DNA of 64,000 nt from Octopus vulgaris (GCA_951406725.2 OX597823.1:27218001-27282000), one strand, 5' to 3'. Shown: positions 1-13,402, counted from the first letter of the stretch. Program-made: numbers and translations. The notes: generated by a model not told the origin, from the letters alone.

Positions 1-248
1 TATATATATATATGTATATATGTGTGTATATATTTATATATATATGTATATGTGTATACATATATATTATATATAATATGTAATACAGAGGAAGTACTGA
101 GAAATTTCGTAATAGAGGACAAGAAAAATTTCTTTCCAATTGGAATTCATTATTATATTAGTTGAGCTTAATATTTATGAAGATACAATGTATCGTAGGT
201 ATGCAACAATCAATTACCTCCCATTAACATGGCAAAAGGAGTCGATAG

Positions 249-575
249 TTAGGGCTTAACGCAAATTTCGTCCAGTTTATAGAAAATCTGTGGTTCGATT
301 TAATGACCTTCCCACGAATAGGTTTGCGTGTGAGTGTCTTTATATGACGATATGTATGAGTATATATAATCGTCCCTCTCTCACTCGCACACGCAGACAC
401 ACACACATACATGTGTACATGTTTTCATATATGTTTATATCTAGAAATGAATATACATACATATACATATGTATGTATGTATGTATATTCATTTCTAGAT
501 ATAAACATATATGAAAATATGTACACATGTATGTGTGTGTGTGTATGTGTGTGTGTCTGCATACATATACATATG

Positions 576-630
<55 letters not shown>

Positions 631-637
631 TACACAA

Positions 638-686
<49 letters not shown>

Positions 687-1074
687 CCTTTATGTATGTG
701 TATGTGCGTGCATACACATATATACCTATATATATATATATATACATACGTATATATATATACCTATATGTATGTGTATGTGCGTGCGTGTACGTATGTG
801 TGAGTATATATAGGTTTGCATACATGTGCAATATATATATGCAGATACACACACACACACATTCATTTGTATGTTATCTTACATTTAATGTCATCCCAAC
901 TGTTGTATCAATTTATTATTATTCAGTTACGTTAACAATCCTGCTCGGATTGATATCACTTCGTTACCTCGAGAAATTGATGTTCTTTTCCTTCCTTTTT
1001 ATAACATCGACAGGCAGCTTTAGATTGCTCCAATGATTCATTGATGGTACTTCCTGCTACTATTCTCAGTAAAT
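249..1074 (-). other. Two speculative phase-compatible coding exons (1074-968 and 287-249) of an unknown small protein
   Basis: AG|1074..968|GTAAC reads (D)LLRIVAGSTINESLEQSKAACRCYKKEGKEHQFLE; CAG|287..249 reads IFYKLDEICVKP*. Non-repetitive sequence, no homolog recognised, no ATG found. Confidence 0.2.
393..560. repeat. Near-perfect palindrome centred on a (TACA/TATG) tract
   Basis: GCAGACAC...TTTTCATATATGTTTATATCTAGAAATGAATATAC mirrored by GTATATTCATTTCTAGATATAAACATATATGAAAA...GTGTCTGC. Confidence 0.85.
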
Positions 1075-1471
1075 CTATTTCCAAATTATAACAATATATA
1101 ATACTTGAAATTTCTCACGAATATTATCGCAAAAGCATTTTACAGGATTTTTCTTGTTAGGCAAGGCAATTAATTTTCATTTTTTTTGTTGTTCATGCAA
1201 GTTTCATTCTGTCATTTTTTTTTCTCGACAAAATATCGATTTATATCTCAGAAAATAGTATCACTTAATAAGAGATGTTTGTGTTAGGCCTGACCAACAA
1301 AATGCATGAATCACACACACATATACATCTGTATATGTACATATATCTATGTGTGTGTGTGTTTCTGTATATATATATATGTGTGTGTGTCTGTGTATAT
1401 ATATATATACATATATACATATATATATATGTACATATATATGTATATATATATATATATTTATTTATATG

Positions 1472-1509
<38 letters not shown>

Positions 1510-1537
1510 TTTATATGTATGTATGTATATATATAAA

Positions 1538-1705
1538 GGGAGAGTTTACGAAAAAAACAAAAGACGAAGACAGGTGGTGTACAAAACAAACAGATGTATT
1601 AGTATAACGCTCAGGAATAGAAAGAGTCTTTTACGTTTCGAGCCTAGGCTCTTTTACATAAAGGGACACAGAAAAAACAAGGAGAGAAACAAGGAGAGAA
1701 AAAAA
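1538..1705 (-). mobile_element. Short interspersed PLE-type terminal repeat with hammerhead-like motif (family also at 28225 and 45500)
   Basis: Reverse complement of 45545-45692; bounded by (TA)n; contains GAGC-ctag-GCTC-GAAACGTA. Confidence 0.7.
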
Positions 1706-1950
1706 AATATATATGTATATATATATATGTATCTATATATAGGCCTATATATACATACATATATACACACATATATATATATATGTATGCTTATATATAT
1801 ACATATATGTATGCATATATATGTATATATAAATGTATGTATATGTTTGTATATGTATATATATAAATGCATATATGTACATGTATATATATATACATGC
1901 ATATATGTATATGTATATATATATGTGTGTCTATACATATAGGTATGTAC

Positions 1951-2007
<57 letters not shown>

Positions 2008-2481
2008 AATTGATACGTGTATGCATATGTGCATGCATTGGAGCTGGAGCGAGGTTTAGAAGCTCGCTATGCAACTACGTAGTTGCAATTTCAGGCCTAT
2101 TGCCGACCAGCTTGGGCAAATGTCCTGTTGGGAAACTGTTCGGAAGCCCGCTGAGTGTGTATGTGTATTTATGTATTTATGTATATGTATATATACACAT
2201 GTATATATGTATATATATATATATATATATACATACGTATATATGTATATATATAATGCATATATATATGTATATATATATACACACATATGCATTTAAA
2301 GTCAAGGGCACGTAACTTACCATTATTTAATAAAGTAAATATAAAAAAACATATAAGAAATGTGCAAACAAACGGAAAGCAGATTCAGGAGGTCACCAAT
2401 TCCTCGTCAGTTATCGGCCGGATGCTAAAACAATTTCGCGCCTTTCACTATACGTAAACACACACACACGCACACACACAC

Positions 2482-2545
<64 letters not shown>

Positions 2546-3060
2546 AGACACACACGCACACACACACATATGCACGCACACATCATGTGACTCCCGAAGG
2601 TTTCTATCGCTGAAAGTGTTCACAAGGTGGTGGCTGACCCGGAACTACATTAAAGTACATTTACTCAGTTTACCGCGTAGTGGGTTTAAAAGTTTTCTTA
2701 ATTACCTACCCATATACGCATTTGCTTGCATATATGATAAACACACCCGCACACACAGACACACACACAAACATACACACACACTATGTAAATATATATA
2801 CATATGTAATATATAATATAAATGTAATATAAAGTAATATATATCTTACAAAAAATAAACAAATGTTCTTTCCGTGCCATCGTCTCATAAGGCCTGTTTC
2901 ACGGATTCTTTGTCATGTATATCTCCCTCTCAGGACGGGTCGCCTGTTCGTTGCAGGATCACTCATTTTTCTTAGCCGAGTGAACTAGAACAACATGAAA
3001 CGAAGTGTTTAGCTCGCGGACATAACAGAAGAAAGATAACCCCAGGTAGATTGAAAGCCG

Positions 3061-3406
3061 TAGCTTCATCTAAAAAACAGACATCAGTGACTGAGTTGTG
3101 CCATTGGACGGCCAGGTCGGTTTGAATATAGTAGCACAAGCGCCAAGCAGTGATTCGTAATAAACGAACTTATGCTTAATTAAAATATAGTGTTTTTACG
3201 CTTTTTAATAAATACGATCATTTTTTCCCCACTATAACTGAAGTTAATTTCATTAGAAGTTAAAATATGCCACAAGCATATTTTAACTAATCGAAATTTC
3301 GTTTATTCTTAATCACTGCTTGTCGAGGATGCTGCTATATGTATTCCGAACAGGCGGCGGTCCACTAACCCAACTCAGTCACTATTGTTGACTGTCTTTA
3401 GTTAAA

Positions 3407-3411
<5 letters not shown>
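3061..3411. repeat. Two diverged copies of an interspersed repeat in inverted orientation (third copy about 8410-8530)
   Basis: AGTGACTGAGTT...TGGAC...GGTCGG near 3085-3120, its reverse complement at 3345-3400, and a direct copy at 8483-8520. Confidence 0.65.
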
Positions 3412-3450
<39 letters not shown>

Positions 3451-3453
<3 letters not shown>

Positions 3454-3572
3454 CCTGCTCGCTTAGCCAGCGGGGTGGCGTTGTTTGAAGGCTAAAACAA
3501 TGTGAAACGCATTGTGACCAGCGATGTGCAGCAACATCTGATAGCCTGGTCGGTCACGGTGATCACGGTGAT
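3451..3572 (+). mobile_element. 3' tail fragment of SINE family C (same tail as 27742 copy)
   Basis: TGGCCTGCTCGCTTAGCCAGCGGGGTGG...CAACATCTGATAGCCTGG matches 27930-28040. Confidence 0.8.
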
Positions 3573-3626
3573 ATATATATATATATATATATATTGGAAG
3601 ATTTTGGAGATGATGTACAGGTATTT

Positions 3627-3873
3627 TATATTAGAAGAAATGAGGTACTACAGATATTTATTTGTATATTACATTTTTTATACATCATATAACTTAGATC
3701 ATGTATCAGCGCTTTCTCCCATTCTAGTGGGGTTTTCAAATCAAACTGATTTGAAAACCTCACTAGAATGGGAGCGCTAATACATGATCTATGTTATATG
3801 ATGTATAAAAAATGTAATATACAAATAAATATCTGTAAATATAAACCATCCGATTTTCTGAGTACCTCATTTC

Positions 3874-3883
<10 letters not shown>
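3627..3883. repeat. Fold-back (inverted repeat) element between (TA)n tracts
   Basis: TATTAGAAGAAATGAGGTACT-ACAGATATTTATTTG...AGCGCT (3627-3713) mirrored at 3773-3883 with a small indel. Confidence 0.85.
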
Positions 3884-3921
<38 letters not shown>

Positions 3922-4185
3922 TATAAAATGAGCAAAAGTAACGGAGAATTAGTATACACCACGTGGCAAAATTATGAGTTGAAAATATGCGGAAAACATA
4001 TATACCAAGTGGAAGAGAAATGCCTTCGTTTCACATAGTTTAATATCTTTTTATAAAATAAAATTTATATATATATTTTTCACTATTAAATTAACTTTTC
4101 AAGGGACATTGTCAAGTAATCATTTCCTGTGACAAAGGAGTCTTGGCATTTTGGATACTTGAAAAGTAAGAAGGAGTCTAGGGAG

Positions 4186-4233
<48 letters not shown>

Positions 4234-4381
4234 GAGAGAGGAGAAAGAGAGGGCGAGAGAGAGATAGTGATGCAATTAAACAAATGAAACCGCTAGGACT
4301 AGATATGTAAAATATACATACATAAAATAACAGAGACAAAGATTGAAGACAATGAGATGAGCATTCATGTATAAATATGTA

Positions 4382-5680
4382 TTGGGTTGGCAACTAAGTT
4401 CCTGCCGTATTTTTTTAATTTAAATTTTTTGAAAGGTTTCATAAAAAATAACAACTAATTAATCAATAATGTATTAACCATTATTGTTTACAACTTATTC
4501 CCAACGTTCAACAAGGTCTTCAATACTTTGTTGGTAGAAATCACCCGATTTTGACTCGAAAAATTCATCCAACCAAGCTATCAATTCTGCATCATTATTG
4601 ATCGAAACTCTGCACATAGCATTTGAAAGAGATCGAAAGAAGTGGAAATCCGTTGCTGCCAAATCAGGAGAGTACGGCGAGTGTTGCAGCACTTCCCAGC
4701 CAAGCGTTTGGATGGCTTCCTTGGTCATATTGGCGATATGAGGGCGGGCGTTGTAGTGCAGCAGAACTCCATGCTGACGATTAGGTCTTTTCTCTTGAAT
4801 AGCCGTGTTGAGTCGTTCCATCTGTTGAACATAGAGTTCCGCGTTGACCGTTTGGTTCCGTTCAAGCGATTCGTAATGGATAATCCCTTCCAAGTCCCAC
4901 CATACGCACAACATGGTTTTACGCGGGTGAAGATCTTGTATCACGCGCGGTGTCGCTTGTTTACCGTGGCTAGCCCATTCCTTACGCAGCTTCATATTGA
5001 TGTACAGGCACCAATTTTCGTCGCCAGTAACGATTCGGTAAAGAAATCGTTGCTTGTGTCCATGAGTTGAGCGGTGACAAGCAAGCAAACCAGCGAAGTT
5101 TGTGGCTCGTTGATTTTGGTTGTTGTCACTTCAAGTATGCGGAACCCATGCTCCATACTTCTGAACCTTTCCCACTGAGTGAAGCTGCTTCTCTATAGCA
5201 GTGTGGGAGCATTCCATTTTCTCTACCAGTTCCTTTGTCGTTTGACGAGTATTTTTGTGCAAAAGTTGATTTAATCGCTCTTCATCGAACTCAATTGGAC
5301 GGCCAGAACGAGATGCGTCTTTGATGTCAAAATTTCCCTTTTTGAACTTAGCATACCAATCACGAGCGGTTCTTCCAGCTATGGCACCCTCTCCATACAC
5401 AGCATAAATATCGCGAACAGCATTTGCGGCCTTAGAACCTTGATTAAAAGCAAAAAGAAGGAAGTGTCGGAAAGGCTCATTTTTCTTAAATTAACATTGC
5501 ATTTTAATGATCTGAAAATAAACAAAATTTAAGTAAAATTAACTAGGAAAAAAACAAAACAAAATATATTGCAAAATGATTTAAAAACAGAATTCTCGAA
5601 AAACATTAGATTCCAAAATTTGAAAACGCAATAAATTCCAAAATTTAGAAAAAACGGCGGGAACTTAGTTGACAACCCAA
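4382..5680 (-). mobile_element. Full-length (1.3 kb) mariner DNA transposon, mellifera-subfamily-like
   Basis: TIRs TTGGGTTGGCAACTAAGTTCC(T/C)GCCGT at both ends; TA target duplication at 4380-81 and 5681-82; transposase inside. Confidence 0.95.
4459..5502 (-). pseudogene. Mariner DD34D transposase, inactivated
   Basis: Single frame with in-frame stops. Motifs RSGRP, WVPH, TGDENW, HYNARPH (second catalytic D changed to Y), YSPDLAATDFHFF. Confidence 0.92.
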
Positions 5681-6329
5681 TAGATATTTTATGTATTGGC
5701 AGAACAGATTTACAAAGAGTACATAGACACAGAAACTAAGGGGAGAAAGTATGGTATTTCAGGTCCGACACCTGTTTCTGGGGTTCATAATTATGTAATA
5801 ATCTCGACAGTTGTAGTTCGCAAAAAGTCAAGAATATGCAACCAGTAGTGGATGTACATAAAACATTAGGTAAGTTAGGCCTCCGTCCGGAGAGATTGAT
5901 ACAGAACACAGAGAGAGAGAGAAACGCACACAGATGACACACACATACTCAGATGGACACACACACACACACAGATACACATAAACACACTTCACGCACA
6001 CGTACATACACACGTACATACGCACATGCACGCATACACAACTCACACACGCACGCGCATACATACACACTCGTACACACACACGCACACATACATATAC
6101 AGTGTTTCATTTATCTCCATAATGTTTTATTCATTACGCTCCCATATATTAATCTGAGTATTTCCTCTAGTGATTTCTTGGGTGAGTACCTACGTATATT
6201 CCTGTATTTAATGAATATTTATAAATTATAGCAACATATGTTAAACCATGGATTGATTGCTGTAGTGAAATTTGCTACTGGTTATCTGCGTGCATATAGC
6301 AGAGTTTTGAATTCAGGAACTTGAAGGAT

Positions 6330-7250
6330 TTAGGAACATTATTGTTCCAAACCTATTCTTGGTCTATGTCACATCACTCGTGGACAGTCGTCTCCAGTTC
6401 AAGAGCAAATTTCCCTCCCGCATATGATAGATATATTACAAGTGCCAACTCTCTGACATCACAAAGTGCTGTGTCCCGCCTAAGTTCACGGATATACGTA
6501 AGGTGGGCTTGACCACTAGGCGTAAAGTTACTAAAAAAGCGCAGTGATACGTTGATCGATTCGACGTAAATAAGGATATGCGAATTTTAGCCGTCTTTGT
6601 TTGATTGTCTTGCTGACGGGAGATAAAGATGCATAGAGTGATTTGTTTGGTACATAATCGCCATAAGAGATGTTAAAGAGTGCATGTACTGTCTAGTGAT
6701 TGCTGTTGTGCCAACGCAAGAGACCGGCATTCAGAACCGAATAGCAGAAGAGATTCTACCGTAGCATGAAACATGTTTAGTTTTAGGCCAGTTGTGGTAT
6801 TTTCCAAATTTTCCATAGTTTGTCGGATACTGACCATGTTATCGCTTTATGAATGTTAACATCTACGATGGTAGAGCGAATAGGAGGAACCAGGTAGCAG
6901 AAATTTGGCAACTGATTCAATGGGCCGCAATGAAAGTGTATGATCACCTACCCCTGCATTTTTACCAATGATAGTAGTCTTTGTCATTTACTGAGAGACC
7001 AACTTCAGTCGACTTCAAGTTTGGGAGGAAAGTTTGAACATTGTGATTGTATGTGAGACAAGTGTAATGTAATCTGCGAAGTCGAGGTCAGTGAGGTACG
7101 ATGCTAGACAAAGAGAACCTTGGTGAAGAATACGGTTCCTATCGTAGCATCGGCCTGATATCCTCAACCAAATTCTTGAATCCCATCATTCTCAATCGCA
7201 TCCGAGACGCTATCGAAATATTGCTCAAACTAGATCGGACTCCCCAAAGA
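6330..7250 (-). mobile_element. Degraded RTE-type LINE reverse transcriptase fragments
   Basis: Minus strand near 7070-7100 reads YLTDLDFAD; heavily decayed; boundaries approximate. Confidence 0.5.
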
Positions 7251-7698
7251 ACCTTTTACTAAATATTTTATCCAATCATTTATCTCCAGAATGGCAGCTT
7301 CTACATGGAACCACATTCTCATCAGACATTAATTTACACAAGTTTAAAAAAGACATCATCTACGTTCACATTAACAGTTTAGGAAAGCCTGCAGATGTTC
7401 TCTTGCTCGCACTTTATATTAGTACAAATAAGAATTTCTAACAAAGGTACTTAGCCAAAAATTTTACAGGAGGAAATAATGTCAACTATATTGACCCACT
7501 CCTTATCTAGTGTTTTATTTCATTGCCCACAGAAACGGAGAAATGTGAAGTGTGTTGACAATGCTAACTAACCCTTTCATGGCTTAAATTCTGATAGGTA
7601 AACTGTTTCATTAAATCTCTAGTGTCAGTTTAGCATACAGTAAACGTGGCCATTTACAATTTAGTATGCTATCTGATGCCAATTCTAGACCATAGCTC

Positions 7699-8051
7699 TA
7701 ACCCTAACATAAACCATAACAAGGCATGCACAAACGAATTTTATGTAACCCTAACATAAACCATAACAAGGCATGCACAAACGAATTTTACGTAACAAGT
7801 AAACAAGTAAACACAAACAAAACGAATAATAATTTTATACAAAACGAATAACTTTAAAATTCTATAAAGCAAAGCAAACAATGGAAAATAATTTAAACAC
7901 TAATTTTATATATACTCAGGCTTTCCAAACGAATTTAGCTGTTTAGGATCTCAAGCTTTTCAAACGAATTTAGCTGTTTAGGATCTCAAGCTTTTCAAAC
8001 GAATTTAGCTGTTTAGGATCTCAAGCTTTTCAAACGAATTTAGCTGTTTAC
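7699..8051. repeat. Tandem repeats (about 48 bp x2 at 7699-7790; 35 bp x about 4 at 7915-8051) within a probable non-autonomous DNA element ending near 8305
   Basis: TAACCCTAACATAAACCATAACAAGGCATGCACAAACGAATTTT twice; CTCAAGCTTTTCAAACGAATTTAGCTGTTTAGGAT repeated. Confidence 0.85.
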
Positions 8052-8552
8052 GTTAACTACGTCACAAAATAGCTGTTTACGTCACAGTAACAGTATGTTT
8101 AGACGCAGCAAATGATTTCAGCTCAAAACAGAGAATACGAATGGTTAAAATTCGAAGAATTAAACTACGTAAAACTTACAAATTACAATTTTCTCAAAAA
8201 AAGCCAAGTGAAATTAATGTTTTCTTTTGATACATTCTACCAGTATACGAAGTTTCAAATTGTTTAGTTAACTAGAAATTCCGTCCATCAAAAGGAAAAG
8301 ATCCAGATATGTTTGTGACATATTTAATTATACAAGGACAATTTCACTGCCCTATCTACCCAGTGCTTATCGGTTTCCCAGACATGCGTTTGTGATCTTT
8401 AACTGTCCTCAATGGGAAATACCGAAGAGAGATAACTCCGGGCAGATTCAAAGTCGTAGCTTTAACTAAAAACAGTCAACAGCAGTGACTGAGTTTTGCT
8501 AGTGGACCGCCTGGTCGGAATAAATATATATTATATACATACATACATGCAT

Positions 8553-8617
<65 letters not shown>

Positions 8618-8800
8618 CATCCATATATATGTATTCATATATACATACATACATAAATACATGCATACACATATTATGTGTATATATATATGTGTGTGTG
8701 TGTATATATATACATGTATGTATGTAAGTGTCTTCTACTTCGGCCGTGGACCGATCAAAGCCTTGTGAGTGGATTTGGTAGACAGAAACTGAAAGACGCC

Positions 8801-8873
<73 letters not shown>

Positions 8874-9591
8874 AATGTAAAGGAAATAGGGAAATACAAC
8901 TGACATATCAAAAATTTATTTACATTATGATATAATATATTATGAAAAGATATAAAATGATATAATATAATACAATATAACAAATAATTAAAACAAATAT
9001 AAATCAAACCATTTGTTTCGACTCATATCAACTAGTGAATTTATTACAAAATTCATATTTATGGATACAAGTCTCCCCAAGAAGATATTTGTTCAAAAAA
9101 CAAATAAGATTTCATTCAAGGACTGCTAAATTATAAAATAAACTGATTTAAAATATATCTGTGATCACATGAGTGAGCGTTCATAATTGAAAAATATTAT
9201 AAATACAATAATACAACAACAAAAAATTCAAATGAATAAAGAAATTCAAATGAATAAAGAAATTAAGTAAAGAACATTTACAACGGTCATAAAAGGTTCT
9301 TATAGATCTCCAATAATTTTAATCTAAAAATATTTCAATCGAAAATGATCACAAGCCAATTTATTATATAAAATCCATATGCATATTATATGTTAAAAAT
9401 TTATGTTGGCGTAGGAAATATATTTTATTTAAAATTACTATATTCCATGATGAAGAAAGATAAATAAACAAGGAAATATTTAATTCAGACACGAAATTCA
9501 TTAAAAATTCTTAATCAACGATTCATTCACTCAAAAATATCAACTAAATATGCCGATGTTAAACAAATGTATTGTAAACTATACCATTACT

Positions 9592-9664
<73 letters not shown>

Positions 9665-9974
9665 GCAACAACATATAAATAAATAAAGTATCAGAATTTT
9701 ACTTAGTTTTACAGAAGGGAATAAATTAAGGTAATCCAATGGTCTTATTATTCTATAAATTTGGATGTGTACAAATTCGTAAGAACATATCATTATATGT
9801 AGTAAATATTATAGGGACTGTAAGAACCATTCAGATTCTTGTTTTTATTCTATTAGTCATTTGGCTGCGGCCATGGTGGAGCACTGCCTTTTAGTCGAAC
9901 AAAGCAACCCGTGGATTTAATCTTTGTAAACCTAGTACTTAATCGGGCTATTTTCCCGAACCACTATGTTACGG

Positions 9975-10035
9975 CTCTACTGAAGAAGAATATATCCTTT
10001 ATAGGGATTAATTCCGAAATTGATTCAATATAGAG
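9975..10035 (+). ncRNA. Type I hammerhead ribozyme motif, canonical core
   Basis: Helix I CTCTA/TAGAG; core CTGAAGA; helix II GAAT..ATCC/GGAT..ATTC; GAAA; helix III ATTGA-t-TCAAT; cleavage triplet AUA. Confidence 0.75.
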
Positions 10036-10240
10036 ATAACGAAATTTAAATTTTCTAAAGGTTAGTTGCCCGCTTTCAGTTCAATTTTCCTGTAACAAGT
10101 GGATTATAAGTGGATAAATCAGTGTATTGGCTATAGAATAACCTTCTTTAGCCCTTGTTTATACTTCAACCGTAATGGTTTTTTTAATATACTGCCACGC
10201 TTTTTGATGGAATCCTTTTCTGTAGAGAAAGGGACTTCAT

Positions 10241-10284
<44 letters not shown>

Positions 10285-10583
10285 TTGTTCTTGTCACTTG
10301 TTTTACCCCTCTGCAAAAGAATTTTATTTAATTCCTTTTGCAGGAAGGTCTACCTCGGCCTGTCCGTGTTCTGCCCTTACCTTCAAAACACGCATTAAGT
10401 CGAACCAGGGGCAGCTGATGAAGGGGAATTTTCCTTGTATTGTTTGTCCTGTACTCTGTTTTTTCGTTGTTTTAAAAAAAGTCCGTTCCCTTGTTTTTTC
10501 GTTGTTAAAAAAAGTCCGTTTCCTTGTTTGATTTTATGTTTTCGTCTCTCGTTGTGTTCTACGTTTATTTGTGGTGTCCTGTA

Positions 10584-10660
<77 letters not shown>

Positions 10661-10700
10661 GCATATATATATACATGTAGATGTAGATGTAAGTATGTAT

Positions 10701-10903
10701 ACTCTTTTACTTGTTTCAGTCATTTGACTGCGGCCATGCTGGAGCACCGCCTTTTAATCGAGCAACTCGACCCCGGGACTTATTCTTTGTAAGCCCAGTA
10801 CTTATTCTATCGGTCTCTTTTGCCGAACCGCTAAGTGACGGGGTCGTAAACACACCAGCATCGGTTGTCAAGCAATGCTAGAGGGACAAACACAGACACA
10901 CGA

Positions 10904-10962
<59 letters not shown>

Positions 10963-11125
10963 CGACAGGCTTCTTTCAGTTTCCGTCTACCAAATCCACT
11001 CACAAGGCTTTGGTCGGCCCGAGGCTATAGCAGAAAACACTTGCCCAAGGTGCCACGCAGTTGGACTGAACCCTGAACCATGTGGTTGGTTAGCAAGCTA
11101 CTTACCACACAGCCACTCCTGCGCC
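10701..11125 (-). mobile_element. tRNA-derived SINE family A, full length, with internal (TA/CA)n
   Basis: Head GGCGCAGGAGTGGCTGTGTGG (A box)...GGTTCAGTCC (B box); tail GGCGGTGCTCCAGCATGGCCGCAGTCAAATGACTGAAACAAGTAAAAGAG; many copies in the window. Confidence 0.9.
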
Positions 11126-11189
11126 TATATATGCATATGTTTTATTTATCATATTATATATATATATATACATGTATTATTATTTAAAA

Positions 11190-11445
11190 CAATTTTATTC
11201 GGTCCCATGCGACTTGAAGTTTTGCGGGCTTCTAACAGAAGGCCGTCTCCAGTTTTAAATTTTGGTGGAAGGCTAGCAATTTTGTGAGACGTAGTAGGAC
11301 GATTACATTGATCCCAGTTCTCAACTGGTACTTATCTCATCGATCCCGAAGGGATGAAGAGCAAAGTAAATCCTAGCGGGATTTTCACTCAGAACGTAAA
11401 GACGGACGAAATACCTCCAAGTGTGCGGACGATTCTGCCAAACGT
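11190..11445 (-). mobile_element. SINE family B, diverged
   Basis: CTGGTACTTAT..CATCGATCCCGAAGGGATGAAG matches the reverse complement of the 62524 SINE. Confidence 0.7.
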
Positions 11446-11516
11446 CAAGAAAAAAGCTACTCACCGTCTCAGTTCACAACTGCGATATATATATATGCAT
11501 ACATACAAGCATGCAA

Positions 11517-11559
<43 letters not shown>

Positions 11560-11646
11560 GAAACACGCACGCACACAAACTTTATGTGTGTGAAAATTTG
11601 TGTATGTTTGTTTTATTTTACGCATATATATACACACGTATATATG

Positions 11647-11721
<75 letters not shown>

Positions 11722-11831
11722 CAGTGATAAATCTCAGAGTGAGTTATAAACAGTAGCGGTAACATATCGTGATGTATACAGTAGCATCCACCCTTATGGG
11801 TTAGCCATATTCAAATGGCATATATGCATTA

Positions 11832-11874
<43 letters not shown>

Positions 11875-11877
<3 letters not shown>

Positions 11878-12253
11878 ATATATAAACGGCAGTTTGTCTG
11901 TGCGTGTTTCTGTGTGTCTGTTTGCTTGTACCCTCACCCTGACCACGGCTTTCAACCGATTCTGATGAAACTTGACACACACATAGCCCAATGTCATAAT
12001 TCAAAACTAACGCAGGGAAAACTTTGAAAAGTTCCCCCAGTTCTGAAAAAAATCGATAAATTCGACATGGGGTCGAGAATCAGAAACACAAACCACAGAC
12101 TGTCTAGGGGACGCAACTCCACCTTTTTTAAATCTCAAAAAAAATTACCATAATTTTTATCCATTTTTTTGCTATTTTTTGGCTATAACTCTCTAAAAAT
12201 GCTTTATAGTTATTTCCCTTACAAACCTGAGCAACGCCGGGCGATACTGCTAG
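11875..12253 (+). mobile_element. Non-autonomous Helitron
   Basis: 5' TC, 3' CTAG preceded by hairpin CCTGAGCAACGCCGGG, inserted between A and T. Confidence 0.85.
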
Positions 12254-12287
<34 letters not shown>

Positions 12288-12619
12288 CATGTTTGTGCAT
12301 GTGAATGTATGTGTGTGTGTGCATGTGTGTGTGTGTGTGTGTGTGTCCGGCTGTCCATCGTACATGGTACTTGCTTTTTATAAATGACATTGGTTCGATT
12401 CGATGCGTATCTGTACATAGAGGTATACGCATATATGCATTCTTATAACTATTCTGAGGTATATGTGAATGTGTCGGATTTTATATTCGCCTGTATATTA
12501 TATCCCGTTTTAGGGTTATCATGACGCCTCAGCTCGTCGACACATTCCCTGCACATTCATATATACATATGCGTGTGTATGTGTGTGTTTATCACCACCT
12601 CTTGTTGCTCGTGTAGGAA

Positions 12620-13300
12620 TGTAATGTCGTTATATACTTCGTCCGTCTATATCTCTTCACCGTCTCCCTGTCAAGTAATTTTCAACATTATTTCTAAATT
12701 CTTTTCCCATCCAATTTATTACACTTTTTCTGGCATTTTTTCGTACACTGAACTCTTTTTTTGTCTTTTATCATCATTTTCCAGCTTGATGGAGATGTTT
12801 AGCCAACGTTAACTTCCCTACACGTTTTTTCTCTCTTTCTTGCAGTTTCTCAACTCTCTTTTATCACAGCTTTTCAGCTAAACTTATTTTAGTATCCTTT
12901 CTGATCTCTTTTCCTTCAATCCTTTCTCAACTTTGCACCTCATTTTCTGCAGATAACCTTTCCTGTTATTTTATCATCAGAAATCCATAAGTAAAAGTCT
13001 TTGGTTTCTCCATAGTCGCTTATTTCTTTTCTCTCAAATTGCTTGAAAATATTCCAATCCGTTCCTTATTGCCTGTAGTCGCTTCGATAATCATCAATCT
13101 TTCTGCTTTCGTTTCTTTTCTATTCCATGTCTCCAAACCTAACATTAAAACTTCCTAATTTTAAGAATGTCTTCCTTAATACGCTAACTCCTACGATCTG
13201 TAATAGCTTTTGCAAGCATCTCACTTCTTCTCAACAATATCATCTTAACTCTTCCTGGTAAACGTCTGACAGTTTTATTTCTGGTTTTTTTTTGTAATAC
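12620..13300 (-). mobile_element. Highly degraded LINE-like coding fragment
   Basis: Purine-rich, coding-like minus strand with many stops; family not resolved. Confidence 0.3.
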
Positions 13301-13402
13301 GCTTTGTTATTTTATTTTTAAAATAATTTTCTAGGCGAAGTCTGTGTTGTAAAGCAGCTCACTTTGCAACCAAATGGTTACGGGATCAATGTCCTACTGC
13401 AC

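Noticed and set aside
7699-7760. TAACCCTAAC telomere-like motif
   Set aside because: Only 1-2 units, inside a larger interspersed repeat.
7915-8051. 35-bp repeats resembling a CRISPR array
   Set aside because: Head-to-tail with no spacers, eukaryotic context, no cas genes.
8415-8465. CCGAAGA...AAAGTCGTAGCTTT hammerhead-like remnant (also about 3026-3070)
   Set aside because: Helices too degenerate to support a call.
10411-10445. CTGATGA followed by a small hairpin
   Set aside because: No GAAA or helix III; at best a decayed hammerhead.
11962-11972. CTGATGAAAC
   Set aside because: No helix II; a standard Helitron-internal motif.
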